From Eledone cirrhosa (taxonomy: Eukaryota): a stretch of 64,000 nucleotides of DNA. The stretch lies in the NCBI GenBank assembly GCA_964016885.1, contig OZ024742.1:304916001-304980000 (forward strand). Reading direction: 5' to 3'. Positions 27,195 through 40,720 of the stretch are shown one piece after another. A program made the translations under genes and the position numbers. Positions within the stretch are counted from its first letter, which is position 1, and every line of letters starts with the position of its first letter. Below the pieces are notes generated by a model that had not been told where the DNA came from, did not search any database, and was given only the letters and a program-made list of their open reading frames with translations.

Positions 27195-27335
27195 CGTGGA
27201 ATTAACATGCGCGTAGCTGGGCATTCCATAGACACATATGACCATAATGTAATATTCGGAGCGATTCAAGAGTGACACTGTATGAAAATGCTTGCTTTTG
27301 TGTTACAGATAGAGCCCATCTAACAGGCTTCCAAG
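27195..27335 (+). mobile_element. Degenerate dispersed SINE-like repeat (related fragment at about 42170-42235)
   Basis: GTGGAATTAACATGCGCGTAGCTGGGCATTCCATAGACAC resembles GTGAAATTAAAGCGCAAGTGGCAGAGCATTCCATAGTCAC. Confidence 0.4.
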
Positions 27336-27516
27336 TAACTTCCGACTAGCCGATTTTTCTCAAAGGCTATGGGACAACCCAAGGTTATGTGTGGTAAATG
27401 GCACTTGCCTAAAATATCATGCAATAGAATCAAGCCAGGTTCGTAATTATAGTAAGGCCAACTACTTAACTATTCTGCCTATAACCGTAATTTTAAAAAA
27501 CCAGCCTTGTCAAGCA

Positions 27517-27661
<145 letters not shown>

Positions 27662-28138
27662 TGAGTTTGGCTGTACCGCTGTGTATGTGTGTGTGTGCGT
27701 TTGGCTGTGCCCCTTCCCTGTCTCTCTCAGCTTCTAGGCTTGAGAAAGTTATCTATGTATTGGGTGCTTTTCGCAAGCGGTATTTTTTGATGACAGAACG
27801 AAAAAGTAAATTGTCAAAGGTCATGGCTTGCATTGTATGTTTGCGTCTTTTAAAATCTCGTTTGTAAATCACGTTAAATTCGAATTCACCCTTACAAGAT
27901 CGATAAAACAGGAACAATTCAAATAGAGAAAATCAATATATTCGAATATTCACTACACACAGATTTGTTGTCTATGTCAGAAAATCAATTTATTCTCATT
28001 TGAATGATGGTGGTTGGAGTGATAAAAACGGTGACGAGCTGGCTTTAATTTTTTATGGTAATTAGTTACGTCCAATTTGATTTGAAATCATTCGTGGATG
28101 ATTAGTATTTCTTCTTCTTCACTAGCCATTGGCCAACA

Positions 28139-28314
28139 TATAGGAGAAGACACTGTCCCAGATGCTAAAACGTTAAAACACCTGGTTGTGAAAGAACTCC
28201 CTAATAACACTGCCATGCATATGTATAGGAGAAGACACTGTCCCAGATGCCACAAAGTCGCACCAAACGTGAAAACACCTGGTTGTGAAAGGAACTAATA
28301 ACACTGCCATGCAT
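28139..28314 (+). repeat. Imperfect tandem duplication of about 85 bp
   Basis: TATAGGAGAAGACACTGTCCCAGATGC...AAAACACCTGGTTGTGAAAG...CTAATAACACTGCCATGCAT occurs twice. Confidence 0.85.
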
Positions 28315-28796
28315 GCAGCTATATATGCATTTCTGTAATTCTTCAGTTATATATTTAGTTTTATCTATAAATTATTACAACGTTTCCCTTTATTCTCCTC
28401 CATTCTCTCAATTCCTTTTACACGAACATACGTAAACATTGGATTAAGAAAATAATGTTCGAGGAATTTCACATCAATGTGGGATAGAGTTCGCTCCACA
28501 TTTAGTTCAAATTTTCATTCCTCATTGAAATATTTCTCAAAAACCTCAAGCCAAATATTTAAGTAAACAGAGAAATGCATCAATGCAAGTTCGTAAATAA
28601 GATAACAACAATAATATTAACAATAATAATATTAATAATGATAATAATAATGATGATGATAATGATAATAATAATAATTTGGGCCATGATAGATTACTCA
28701 GAAAATAAAAGGAAAATAAGCTTTAGGGAAAATATGATGAAATAACATTATATTTGCGATGTAATAACAAAAATTAGTTTGAAATTTTTAAAATTG

Positions 28797-28879
<83 letters not shown>

Positions 28880-29002
28880 ATTATATATATATATATGTGC
28901 GTATGTATATATATATATACATATATATAAACATATATACATATATATGTATATATAAATATATGTGTGTATGTATATATATATATGTGTATACACACAC
29001 AC

Positions 29003-29067
<65 letters not shown>

Positions 29068-30023
29068 ATATATGTGCGTGTAGTAGGTGAGTGTGTGTCT
29101 GAATGTAGGAATGTGATGGGTATTTATATTAGGGTTATTGTGTGTTTCGTGTTTGTATTTATCCATGAATTTTTTTTCTTTCTTCTTGTGTGCTGCTTTC
29201 TCATTTCACGAAATACAAGCGTTAATATTTTTTCAACATTTGAGCTCGAGTAAAAGTGTTATGTACATACTTACATGCCTGTTTAGGTGTACGTATGTGT
29301 GTTTATATATATGTATGCGTGTATGTATGCAAATATAAATAGTAGATTACGTGTTTATGTATAAATAAGGATATCATTGTCTTATTTAAAAATAACATTT
29401 CTTCCGTTTTGTATATTATATTATTCTCATATTCCCTTTCAAGTTTTCATTTTTATTGTTATTGGAAGTTTAAACTGTCTTATCAGCATTTCATCGTTAT
29501 TTTATCAGAAATATATCCAACTACCGAACGACAATTATTGTGCTTATTATTGTTAGTTGTTAGTGGAACACGTTTCTCCGTGTGCTGCACTGTTGTGTAT
29601 CTGGGTATTAAAATCAATAATGTCGACATAAGGACATATTGCGAAAAAATATATAAAAATGTTGTGCATAATATTAATCCGAGGCTGTCGATGGGGGCTC
29701 AATTTTTATATTAGATGCATAGTTATTTAAAACGAAGATAATTCAGCATATAGGTAATAATGTTCACGGTTTCTGTCGTTGTATATCAAATTGTGAATTA
29801 TATTGGTTTCCAATACACTGATTAAAGAATTATTTCTAAATATTTGAGTGTAAATGACGGACAGAATACATTACCTGATACCTATACAAGATTTAAGTGT
29901 GCACAACTCTATAATTCTTTCTTAGTTACATAAGCCAAAACTTCATAGCTAAAGAAGAATCTAGATTTCCAGAACGCTCTAAAATAGTCGAGGTGTTATT
30001 ATAATATTATTATTTCCTATGTA

Positions 30024-30205
30024 GGGCGGTGAATTGGCAGTATCGGTAGAGGGTCGGACATGCTTTCCAGCATAGTTACGTCCCTTTACGATCTGAATTC
30101 AAATCCTGCCGAGGTTAACTTTGCCTTTCATCCTTACGGGGTCGATAAAATAAAGTACCAGTAATGTACTGGGTAATTGCTGGCATTGTGCCTAAAATAG
30201 AAACA
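30024..30205 (+). mobile_element. Full-length tRNA-derived SINE (central region resembles the Meta domain) with an 18-bp TSD
   Basis: A-box-like TGGCAGTATCGG, B-box-like GAATTCAAATCC, GCCTTTCATCCTTACGGGGTCGATAAAATAAAGTACCAG; TSD ATTATTATTTCCTATGTA at 30006-30023 and 30206-30223. Confidence 0.9.
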
Positions 30206-32350
30206 ATTATTATTTCCTATGTATCTGCAGAAGTCATCTCGGTACAGATTTGCAATCAAACGTGTCGAATAGTCACAATTGACGTTTCGATTAAATCTGA
30301 GGGCGACTTTTAATTACATTCGATGTTTAACGGCTATTGTTCAACAGCTCATTCCTCGATAAACACGGAGATACAGCTAGCATCAATTTCACTTATTCCT
30401 TGTGTTATAGGGATAGCAACCATTATGAATATTTCATGCTTTTTGCACAGATTATGAATAACTTGACTTCTCTATCCTATAGTAAAAATTCATGAAAAAT
30501 ATGAACTTTTCTGTTAGTTTTTTTTTTTTTTTGTAAATAGCACTGGTAAACGATTTATAATTTATTCAGCGAGGAATTCTGATTGAGAACAAAATAAGGT
30601 TTTCACCATGATTTTGTTGTTATATATGTTTAAGTTGCTGCTATTTTTTCATCTCAATCAAGCATATAAAAATATTGTTCCTTGTGTTAGAATTGTTTCC
30701 AGTCAAATATACGTTGTCATATGTAAGGTATACAGCTGAACATAGTATCTGAAGCTGTACACATAATCTGATTGGAGGCAAATGATTAATAACAGTTCAA
30801 TATCGTAAGCTGCACTTTCATGTAATCTTCCTCATCAATAATGTGTCATGGTGAATCATAGGGATCTATTTTGAAATTCACCAGGAGAAATTTGTGCAGA
30901 TATAAGTTAAAATGAATTCATTTTTTTATGTTGACAATTGGATTAGGATAAAGTATGTTATAAAAAAAATCTAATACTTCGATATATTACTAAACCATTG
31001 CATTAATTGGTGATATATATGAGTAAAACTATTTGACCAGTGGTCACTAAATATGTGAGTCACTTCATCTACAATGGTAGTTGAATATATGTATTGTCAA
31101 CAAGACTGATAAACCCAATAAAGAAGCATAAAGAATAATACATAAAACGTTTCCCTTTATGTATAGAATAGCTAAAATACAATATGTAAATGAATTGGGC
31201 TGAAACAATATGTTATGTTAGCTACCCAACAAAACGTTTAATGGGGTAAAATGAATTGAAAATGAACATATGAAAAATAGATTAGAAAATATACTAAAGA
31301 AAAAAGTGATGTGAAAACCCACCACACGGCGAATAAACCGCGAGACTGGACAGAGAAAATGTAGGCTACAGCGAAAGTCAATAATGGCTCAAGATCTCCG
31401 GCTGTGCAACAAGAAATACAAGAATTGATTCTTCTTAAACAATACCAATGACTGACCACAAACAATTATCAGAACAAATAATGAAAACGCATTCTAAAGT
31501 CAAATGGAAAGTGTGAAACCATCACAATGAAATGCTTGACTTTATACATCAGCTTCGCCTGCCCAGTCTTCTCCAAATGTGTGTATATACACAAATGTAA
31601 TCACATTGGCAACTATATCCAGTAGGTAATGGACAATGGCAACACTTCGATGTGAAAACGAACAAGAAGTGGCATAAATATATATCTAACATCCACGATG
31701 TGATTTGTCTTTCAACTCACAGACACCCAGGACTAAAAAAAATAGCACAAGCCCATTGATAGTCACTCCTTGTATAAGTAAAACGAGAAAACTGTCAGAA
31801 TACAAGGATGGGGAAATCGAAATGCATAAGGTAGGAGGCATAAAAAAAACACAGTGTCAATAGTATTTGGAGCAATGGACATAATTTACAAAATATGAAC
31901 AAAAACATTGAAGCTATACCAAGGTTCAAAATGCTGTCCAAAGATAGTTCTGCTAAGAACAACCCACATCCTGCGCAAAACATTATCGATTCAATAACAC
32001 GGCTCAAATAGAAAAATTTACACACACAACTCACCTTCTATATAATAAGCACCTAATAAATAAAACAACAGACAAAGCTTAAAACTGAATACAATAACAC
32101 AACTCACATTAATCACAGCACGCACATAAGTAGCATTACAATAACACAAGAAACAAGACACTATCCCCAACTCTAGGTTGATGCAGTACATTAAAGTAGG
32201 GGACTATAATCCTCCACCTGCAATAAAATAACGACACACAATATTATACATACCTCAAAAACGCAGAGGTGCATACGGTGATGGAGTTGAAACTCGTGGG
32301 AAACATTCAAATTAAATTTATCGATTATCTGACACTAGTCAGAATAGTAT

Positions 32351-32534
32351 TAATTGTTTCTACTTTTGGCACAAGGCCAGCAAATACCCAGTACATTACT
32401 GGTACTTTATTTTATCGACCCCGTAAGGATGAGAGGCAAAGTTAACCTCGGCGGGATTTGAACTCAGATCTTAAAGGGACATAAGTATGCTGGAAAGCAT
32501 GTCCGACCCTCTACCGATACTGCCAATTCACCGC
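32351..32534 (-). mobile_element. SINE copy (same family as 30024-30205)
   Basis: Reverse complement of the family consensus, near full length. Confidence 0.9.
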
Positions 32535-32659
32535 ACCATGAATAGTAATATTAGTTAGTCAGGCACAAGGAAGTTACCTTTCCTGACACGTACTTTGTTC
32601 TATCCAGAAAAAAAGGAAAGCAATGTTAATAATGAATTTAAGGAAAACTCAGCAATTTG

Positions 32660-32822
32660 GCGTAGGGAAAAGCTGATTATATCGACCCCTGTACGTTTAC
32701 TGGTGCTGTATTTTATCGACCCCTGTGTGATTAAAGGTAATGCTGAATTCAGCGTAATTTGAAATTCTAAGACGTAACTAAATACAGCAACGTATCTCTA
32801 CCGATACTGCAGATTTACCGCT
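32660..32822 (-). mobile_element. Degenerate SINE copy
   Basis: CTGGTGCTGTATTTTATCGACCCC...CTCTACCGATACTGC. Confidence 0.6.
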
Positions 32823-33072
32823 CATGAATGAATAAATAATGATTTCTAATATAGACACAAAACCTGCAAGTTCACTATATATATCGTATTCACATAGCTC
32901 CGGATTTACCAAAATATTATTGGCAGTGTTTTATAATAAATATCTTAATACCATATCGTTCTGGATTCAGTCCTGCTGTGCTGCATATTGGGCCTGTGTC
33001 TACTACTATAGCGTTCAGTTGATTATATCCTTTGGGGGTAGAATTTTGCAGATTAAAACTGCCGAAACACAC

Positions 33073-33127
<55 letters not shown>

Positions 33128-33305
33128 GTTATTCCGGGTTGAATCGGAGGTAACCACAGTAAGTAAGGTACTCAATACATAGCAGAGTATAAAAGTTTTA
33201 ATATAGATGAGATTCTACAGGACTAGAACTGTTTCATTCTTTAGAAATCATCAGATTCCTGATGATTTCTAAAGAATGAAACAGTTCTAGTCCTGTAGAA
33301 TCTCA

Positions 33306-33312
<7 letters not shown>
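33128..33312. mobile_element. Family F fold-back insert between (TA)n tracts
   Basis: Inverted arms ATAGATGAGATTCTACAGGACTAGAACTGTTTCATTCTTTAGAAATCATCAG and its reverse complement; homologous to 12451-12631. Confidence 0.8.
33253..33303 (+). ncRNA. Type I hammerhead ribozyme family F, canonical core
   Basis: AGATTC-CTGATGA-TTTC(TAAA)GAAT-GAAA-CAG(TTCTAGTC)CTG-TA-GAATCT: 6-bp stem I, 3-bp helix III, GUA triplet. Confidence 0.7.
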
Positions 33313-33371
<59 letters not shown>

Positions 33372-33376
33372 TATAC

Positions 33377-33420
<44 letters not shown>

Positions 33421-33428
<8 letters not shown>

Positions 33429-33601
33429 GTGAGGTTTTTTTTTTTTTTTTTTTTTTTTTCCAAATTGAAAAATAACCGAGGTGTCCTACACGAGTGAAAG
33501 TATAAAGAAAAAGAGATGAAATTGAAAATGCAACTGGAGTCTTATTTTTTTTAAAAATAAGACTCCAGTTGCATTTTCGATTTCATCTCTTTTTCTTTAT
33601 A
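33421..33601. mobile_element. Family A short fold-back copy (truncated before the hammerhead) in (TA)n
   Basis: ATTAGAAAGTGAGG...AACCGAGGTGTCCTACACGAGTG matches the 1214 copy; inverted arm centred at about 33552. Confidence 0.8.
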
Positions 33602-33614
33602 TATATATATATAC

Positions 33615-33651
<37 letters not shown>

Positions 33652-33664
33652 CATATATATATAC

Positions 33665-33699
<35 letters not shown>

Positions 33700-34229
33700 C
33701 ATATATATATACATATTAACCAATCTTAAAGGGAGAGATGGAAATAGGAGAGGAGATATGAGAGGAGAGATTGGTGAATTAGTTAGAAGCCAAAGCGTAA
33801 AGGCATGTGCTCAATGTGCAATATGCAGTAGAAAGCAGCTAGGTGGTTGGGTTCATGCAGAAGTTAGGTGCGCAGAGCTGGAAATATTCATTAGTTAAGC
33901 AAAACAAGACCACAAATTTCACAAGGAAGACATTATTAAAAGATTGTCAACATATTTTAGTTTGATGTAAGGAATGTAGAGAATAATAATAATAATATTA
34001 ATAATAATAATATTAATAATAATAATGTCCGTTTACAATTGTTTCGCTACTCCGTATAATATTTCTGAATCAGATGACTATATATCATAATTGATCTCGT
34101 TCAGTTGAACTCCAAGTAGTAAACTAAAAATCAACCCTAGAATAGGAATGAGAAATGGGATGACAAATAACAAATCCCCAGGTAATAATAACCCGAGTAA
34201 GGCCCCTACCAACTCCACTAAAACCCCTA

Positions 34230-34990
34230 GAGGGAATAGACCTAGAAATATCACCGGGCTTAACCCCCCATTCTCATCTAATCTAGCCACTAATATCCCC
34301 AAACGCTTCTTCTCTATCCTATCTAAACACTCCCCCCCCCAACCATATATATTACAAACTCTTTAATAAAAATAACATTAAATTCTCCACAACACCTAAC
34401 CTAGCTAGCCACATCGCGTTCAGTAACCATCATAATCTAAGATAGTATAACTCCCACACCGCGGTACCACCACCCCTATCAAATACACCACGCTACTACA
34501 CCAATAATTACTCTAGTAGCACACCTCCCCCATCTAATCCTTCTAGCACGGACCTACCGCTTAGGTTAAACAACCCTACTCTCACTAACCGCAGAAGCAA
34601 CTGCAACTGCCGTTACCCCAATGCATGCCCATTAAATGGACACTGCCTAACACCCAACATAGTCTATAGGTGCACGGTTAAGACTGCTTCGAATACCAGC
34701 TCTTATATCGGGTCTACCTCTAACCCTTTTAAGGTACGCTATAACGCGCACTCTTTTTCCTTCCGAGACCCTAGCAACAGATGTTCGACATCGCTAGCTA
34801 GGCTCATTAAAAACCTTAAATTATACAACGTTCAACACTCACTAAAATGGGATATCGTGGCTAGGGCCCAACCGTTAATGGACGAGGAAAATCTTGTGAT
34901 CTCTGTATTACGGAAGCATATTACATAACTCTATCACGACCTCTACCGATTATCGATAGAACAGAGGTAATTATTAGCTGTCAACATCGA
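34230..34990 (+). pseudogene. Penelope ORF C-terminus: linker plus GIY-YIG endonuclease (frameshifted)
   Basis: RPRNITGLNPPFSSNLATNIPKRFFSILSKH / KLFNKNNIKFS; from 34602 CNCRYPNACPLNGHCLTPNIVYRCTV...SYIGSTSNPFKVRYNAHSFSF...STSLARLIKNLK...LKWDIVARA / CDLCITE. These are typical PLE linker and EN motifs. Confidence 0.9.
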
Positions 34991-35420
34991 AGGGCTAATT
35001 CTTTCGCCAATAGAATTTTTGACCCAACTTAGTCATGTAGCCCCATTTTTACTTGTAGCTAATAAGTTAAATTGCTATGAACAACTCGATAATTATAAGT
35101 TACCTCCCCTACATTGTCTCTCAATTAAAAAAAAAAAAAAATGTAAATTTAGCACTTAAGTATAATCACACAAAATTTCTAATCTCTCGAGAAGTTACTT
35201 CCCCTGAAACCACCCTCTAACCACCTTAGTAAGGTAAATATGCCCTTTGGCGGCCATCTTGTTACCTATAGGCAGATCTCACACAATGCTGCCTCGACAG
35301 ATGAATACTGCTTGATTATGGCTGACAACTGATGCAACCAAGACACCATATTAAAAACCAATATATGGAACATTATATTATGTAACATTATCTCATTATA
35401 TTAATCTATATTCCTTTGAA

Positions 35421-35540
35421 GTTCCGATGAGCCGCTCTATCTTTTAAATATGTTAATTATTTTCAACTGAACCAGATCAATTATGATATATAGTCATCTG
35501 ATCCAGAAATATTATATGGAGTAGCGAAACAATTGTAAAC
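35421..35540 (+). ncRNA. Hammerhead motif in the Penelope 3' pLTR, with a helix II loop of about 80 nt (core U4>C)
   Basis: GTT-CCGATGA-GCCGCTCT...GGAGTAGC-GAAA-CAATTG-TA-AAC; palindromic helix III. Confidence 0.6.
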
Positions 35541-35665
35541 GGACATTATTATTATTAATATTATTATTATTATCCTCTACATTCCTTCCATCAAACTAAA
35601 ATATGTTGACAATCTTTTAATAATGTCTTCCTTGTGAAATTTGTGGTTTTGTTTTGCTTAACTAA

Positions 35666-35701
<36 letters not shown>

Positions 35702-35705
<4 letters not shown>

Positions 35706-35783
35706 AGCTAAGGATCTAGCTGTCGAAACGGCCGGAGCTCAGCTGTCGGGTTCCTGACTCTTTTCCTATATATATATATATAT

Positions 35784-35825
<42 letters not shown>

Positions 35826-36040
35826 ATATACATATATAGGAAAAGAGCTCCGGCCGTTTCGACAGCTAGATCCTTAGCTCCTACTTCCGTAGTGGAGCAC
35901 TCTTCAATCCATACCACACTCAAATCACGGTACTGCTTCCAAGCTCCTGTTTCTTATTGGAATTTTAACCCTTCAGGGATCTAGCTATCCAGACGGCCAG
36001 AGCTCAGCCGTTGGGATCCTGACTCTTTTCCTGTTTTCCT
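35702..36040. mobile_element. Fold-back plus tandem PLE-like remnant (family G); fragments also at about 53412-53460 and 54580-54712
   Basis: AGGAGCTAAGGATCTAGCTGTCGAAACGGCCGGAGCTC inverted across a (TA)n tract; direct copy at about 35977-36032; contains a hammerhead 3' half GAAA-CGGCCG..CAGCTG-TC-GGG. Confidence 0.6.
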
Positions 36041-36119
36041 CTACTACCCTAAGTATTGAGTACTCTGGTGCGTCATGGTCCACCTGGTATCTTACCACAC
36101 CCTCTTTGTTTTATATATA

Positions 36120-36205
36120 CAGGATGCCCCAAAAAAATACTTAATCAGCTTTCTAATTTATATTGCCTGTAGAGGTAATCAAACTGTGTATATATTTTTG
36201 TGGCA

Positions 36206-36210
<5 letters not shown>
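36120..36210. mobile_element. Degenerate Tc1/mariner-type MITE (same family as 54725-54823)
   Basis: Shares the TTCTAAT.ATATTGCCTGTA.AGGTAATCAAA.TGTGTAT internal sequence; eroded TIRs. Confidence 0.6.
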
Positions 36211-36259
<49 letters not shown>

Positions 36260-36353
36260 CTGCCCATGGCAACTTCCTTTTCTTCCTTGTCCGCCTTTAA
36301 AGGTCTGAACCCTATTTTATATAATGCCAGCGCAGGAGAACAACATACTTTAA

Positions 36354-36511
<158 letters not shown>

Positions 36512-37267
36512 TCGATTTGTTTCCATTCCCATGAATATAATATTATTCTCTTATCAATGATCAAAACTTTCCTTTCTAAATTATTTGCCACTTTCTTTTC
36601 ATTTTTATTTCTTCATTCGTTCCATTACTCTTTCTCTGGTATTTTCTCAACATCTTCTTACCTTTGTTACAATCCCCACCTCTTTTATGTTATTTCTTAT
36701 TCTTTAAACTAGCGTTCTATATTCCTGACTCTTTTTCCTTTGCTATGTTTAGTCATTCTACCTATATCCCCTACCACCACACTCCTCGCCACTTATAAGC
36801 CCAGCTTCTGTATTTATTTTATGCCATTATTTTCTTTGTTTTACATTTATTCATCTCTTTAGGGTTTTTTTCTTTCACCTTACATAATTATTAAAATGTT
36901 ACCAGTTGATTTATGTGGTGGTGAATGTATTTATGCATTTATTTATGTTTTTGTTTGTTTGGGTTATTTACATAAGGAAACAGCTTTTATTTTGGTGAAA
37001 TTAGACACAGATAGGAGGGGTGATATATTTATAGTTGTCATGGATATTGATGTCTACTCAACCCCCGCCCCCCACACAGCACACTATTTTTACGTAGTGT
37101 TTGATCATTGCAGCAGACGTGTAGGTGTTCAAAAGAGCTAAAAGGGTTATCTAATAATTTGTTTATGTAATAAAGTCAATAATTTTTTAGGGTTGGGCAT
37201 ATCGCACATATGCGCGATATTTAGATGTTTAGTAATTCACACATTTGCTCTAATAAATGACTTTTGA

Positions 37268-37460
37268 CAAAAGGCCAGCAATTTGATGGGAAGGAGAATG
37301 CCGATTACATCATACCAGTGAAATAATGGTGCTTTATTTTCCCAAACCTTTCTGGAAGAAAGAAAAGATTAACCTCAGCTGGAATTGAACTCAAAACATA
37401 AAGGACCGTAACAATTTGCCGCACAGCATGTTGTCCAAAGCCAATCCAATATTGTCAACC
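37268..37460 (-). mobile_element. Degenerate SINE copy
   Basis: AAGGCCAGCAA...TTAACCTCAGCTGGAATTGAACTCA...AAGGACCGTAAC. Confidence 0.5.
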
Positions 37461-38499
37461 GTCTTCATGTGCACTAATAATAATTTCTATACACCTAAAT
37501 TTCTAATTTTGCTATAAGAAATGTTAATTAGTATAAGAACAGTTGAGGTTGGAGCGGAATTCTGTGAATATGCCTTAGATAGAGAAGAAATATTCCTATT
37601 TTCAGATCAGTCGACCACTATGTATGTGCATATATTTGCTCTTCTGTCCCAAATAATATATCAGGTTTATTATGTTTGCATTCGGCAGATTCTTTAAAGG
37701 GAAGGTTATGCCAATATTTCTTGAAATTATACGTTTATACATATTAAACAAGAACTGTATTCTCCATATTTACATCAGATAGGCTTTCTCATTAGATGAT
37801 CATGCCACGTTGAAAGGTAGCAACTTAATAACATCGTAGCGAAGTAGCAGATTACATGGAATATCTTCCCAGGTATTATGTGATAATAGTCAATACGCTT
37901 TGAGAGCTGCACAGTTTCCATATTCCATAAGGTATTTTGTAGCTATTTTCAACTAAGGTAAACGGATAAGGTTTTAAATATGCTAATCTTCCTGTTAGTG
38001 TTAGCATCATCCTCAAATTTACTGGAGCCATACTCATGCATAATCTCTTTCTGTGACTGTCTGTTTGTCTGTGTCTATGTCACTCTTTCTCTCTATCTCT
38101 ATCTCTCTATGTCTATCTATCATATTCTCTCTCTCTCACTCTCTCTCTCTCTCTCTCCCTCTCTCTCTATCTGTATTTGTGTGTGTATTTTTGTGTATGT
38201 ATGTATGTTTATGTCGATATGCATGCGTGTGGGTATGAATGCAAATATGTATGAATATTTGGATGTATCAACGTATGTATGTATCAACATATATGTATGT
38301 ATGTTCTTCTGGATTTATAATTTCACAAATTTTTCCCAATAGAAAGAGAGTCCGTTTCTAACATAAATACAAAGTGGAATTTACACATCAACTAGGTTGA
38401 TATGTATGCATGGCTGCATGCATGTGTAGATATGTATGTTATTGCATGTGTGGATGTGTATGTTTTGATTGTATGTGTGCATGTGTGCAGTTACTAGAT

Positions 38500-38781
38500 G
38501 CAACATTTTTGGAATGCTTTACATATTTTTACTGTTCCATCAATGGATTGTACTTGTAATTTCCTAACTAGTTGTGTTCTTCCTGTTCCTTCAATACAAG
38601 ATTTGTATTGAAGCAGTTACTAACATATCCCAGTGCCCCAATAATCACAGGCATAAATCTGAAGGTATAGTCAGGGTGGAGTATCTGCAGATTTCTCATT
38701 AGTCTGCATAAATATTCTCCTTTTCGCTAATCTTTGATATTATATTGGCATCTGCTGGGTAACTAACTTCCACTACTTTGC
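38500..38781 (-). pseudogene. R4/Dong-clade LINE 3' fragment (RLE domain tail), divergent subfamily
   Basis: Minus strand CKVVEVSYPADANIISKISEKENIY/LMRNL/QILHPDYTFRFMPVIIGALGYV...GTVKICKAFQK, paralogous to the 38901-39536 ORF. Confidence 0.8.
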
Positions 38782-38820
38782 ATGCCTTATGTATGTATGT
38801 ATGTATGTATGTATGTATGT

Positions 38821-40720
38821 TTTCTCTTTCTCTTAATTTCGAGTATATTTTTTTGACCGGCCACCTTCCTGGTGGCAAAGTTGTAAAAGAAAAGAAATTG
38901 TCATCCCTTGAATTGCAAGAATGTTTTGCAAATTTTGAAGGTGCCAGCTATCGCAGCCATTTGCAGACTATGAATTAGGGAGCTGCGCTTTTTGTCCGCA
39001 AATCCAAGTTCAGTCATACTTTGGTCCAAGCGGGTTGGTATATAACCCGTAGCACCAATAATGATGGGTATGAAGCTAAAGGTGTATCTTGGATACTGGA
39101 TTTGTAAACTCCTCATCAATGGTCCGTAGATGTCCTCCTTCTCCTGTATTTTTCTGACAACGTTTACATCAAGTGGGCAGCTGATCTCCACAACAGAACA
39201 CGTTTTCAATGTGTGGTCCCAAACTACAATATTAGGCCGGTTGTGCTTTAATTTGCTGGCAACAATGTGGCTTACATCCTCGATATTTGTTTTACATAGC
39301 CTACATTTATTGTCAGCTGCTGGCCCTCCTCTTTTGTGCAGCAGATATTTGGTAGGGAGTTCTTGTTCCTGTATTGCATAGAGATATCCCTCAAGGTGTG
39401 ATGTCATAAACTTGTCGGAACTCCATGCCAGGCTTTTTGAGTGGTTTATACCCTCTATGGTCTGTGTTTTACGCCTCAAGTATCCATGCACAACTGTTTC
39501 TGTAAATTGGTCAATTTTCTTATCTTGTTTGAACATTGAATAGGATCTTCCGATTTTTCTGGGTGAGAGATTTATATAGGCTTTATTCCATATCTCTCCT
39601 CCAGATCAGTCGCTATTCTAATGATATTTCTTTTTTCATGCTCATAAACCTGGGCAAGATGGTTGCCAACCTTTTTCCTCTGTTGAAGGTGTTGCTTCAG
39701 TGTTACTATCCGGGTCTCATATGTTGTTAATATTGATTTTAGACCCCGGCCACCTTCCTTGCGTGAGAAGTATAGCCTATCCACATCACCATTGATGTTA
39801 AAGTTGCCAGTAACACTGAGAAGTTTTCGAGTTCTAACATCCATCTCACTTAGTTCTTGCAATGACCAGTTCAGTAGGCCAAATGTTGGCGTTAGAATTG
39901 GCACAGCATAAGTATCGTGGGGAATGTATTTGTTGTATGCTGACAGTTCTGATGACCATATTTTCTTTACTCTTCTGAGGTATTCAGTTCTGGTTCTCTC
40001 CTTATTTATGGGTCCATCATATCTGACATTCTCATCCTGTCCAAGATATCTGTAGTTGTCACCTGACTGCAGAGGTTGTATTGTCAGGCCGTTCATCTCT
40101 AGATTTCTAGAGGAGGGCACAGCTCTTCCACGTTTTACTGCCAAATATGCACACTTGGACTCACCAAATTTCATTTTGAGTATCGGTTGAAAATTGTGTA
40201 ATGAGGTCCAATTGTTTCTTGATGTCATTGATATTTGGCCCATACAACTTCAGGTCATCAACAAAGAAAAGATGGGAGATACTTCTGGGCCCACTTCTTT
40301 GTCCACCTTGTTTCCTGAGTAGGTAAGATAGTGGATTCAGTGAGAGAACGAAGAGTAGCACTGACAAGCTATCACCCTGAAAGATGCCCTTCAGGTAATG
40401 TATCTTATCAGTCTTAACCTGCTCCTTCTCACCTCTAAGGATCAAATTGGTGTACCAGTTCTTGGTCAGGCGTTCAACAGCAGCTACCAATGGTTGTGGG
40501 ACTTTAGCTAACTGTAAAGCCTTAATAATCCACCCATGGGGTACACTATCAAATGCTTTTTGATAGTCCAGCCACACGACATTCATGTTTCTGCGATTAT
40601 TTGTTGTTTTTTCCTGAATCATTTTGTTAGTTAGTAGGTGATCTATGCAACCCCACACCTCCCTCTTTCCACCAGCTTGCTCAGGTGTTATGATGTTGTT
40701 GGTAGCACAGTGATCCTGTA
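38821..40720 (-). mobile_element. 5'-truncated R4/Dong-clade non-LTR retrotransposon (RT, CCHC remnant, restriction-like endonuclease), frameshifted, within (CATA)n
   Basis: WLDYQKAFDSVPH, GIFQGDSLS, SHLFFVDDLKLY (40161-40757); YRYLG, VDRLY..RKEGGRGL (39572-40243); CRLCK..EDVSH, KHNRPNIVVWD..VEISCP (38901-39536); (TATG)n on both flanks. Confidence 0.92.

Larger units (their letters stand above)
33884..35672 (+). mobile_element. 5'-truncated Penelope-like retroelement with inverted pseudo-LTR (33884-34109 inverted relative to 35462-35672)
   Basis: Terminal inverted repeat of about 210-225 bp, internal GIY-YIG remnant, hammerhead in the 3' pLTR, 3' end in (TA)n. Confidence 0.9.

Noticed and set aside
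28139-28314. CRISPR-like repeat-spacer pattern
   Set aside because: Only two imperfect tandem copies, in eukaryotic DNA, with no cas genes.
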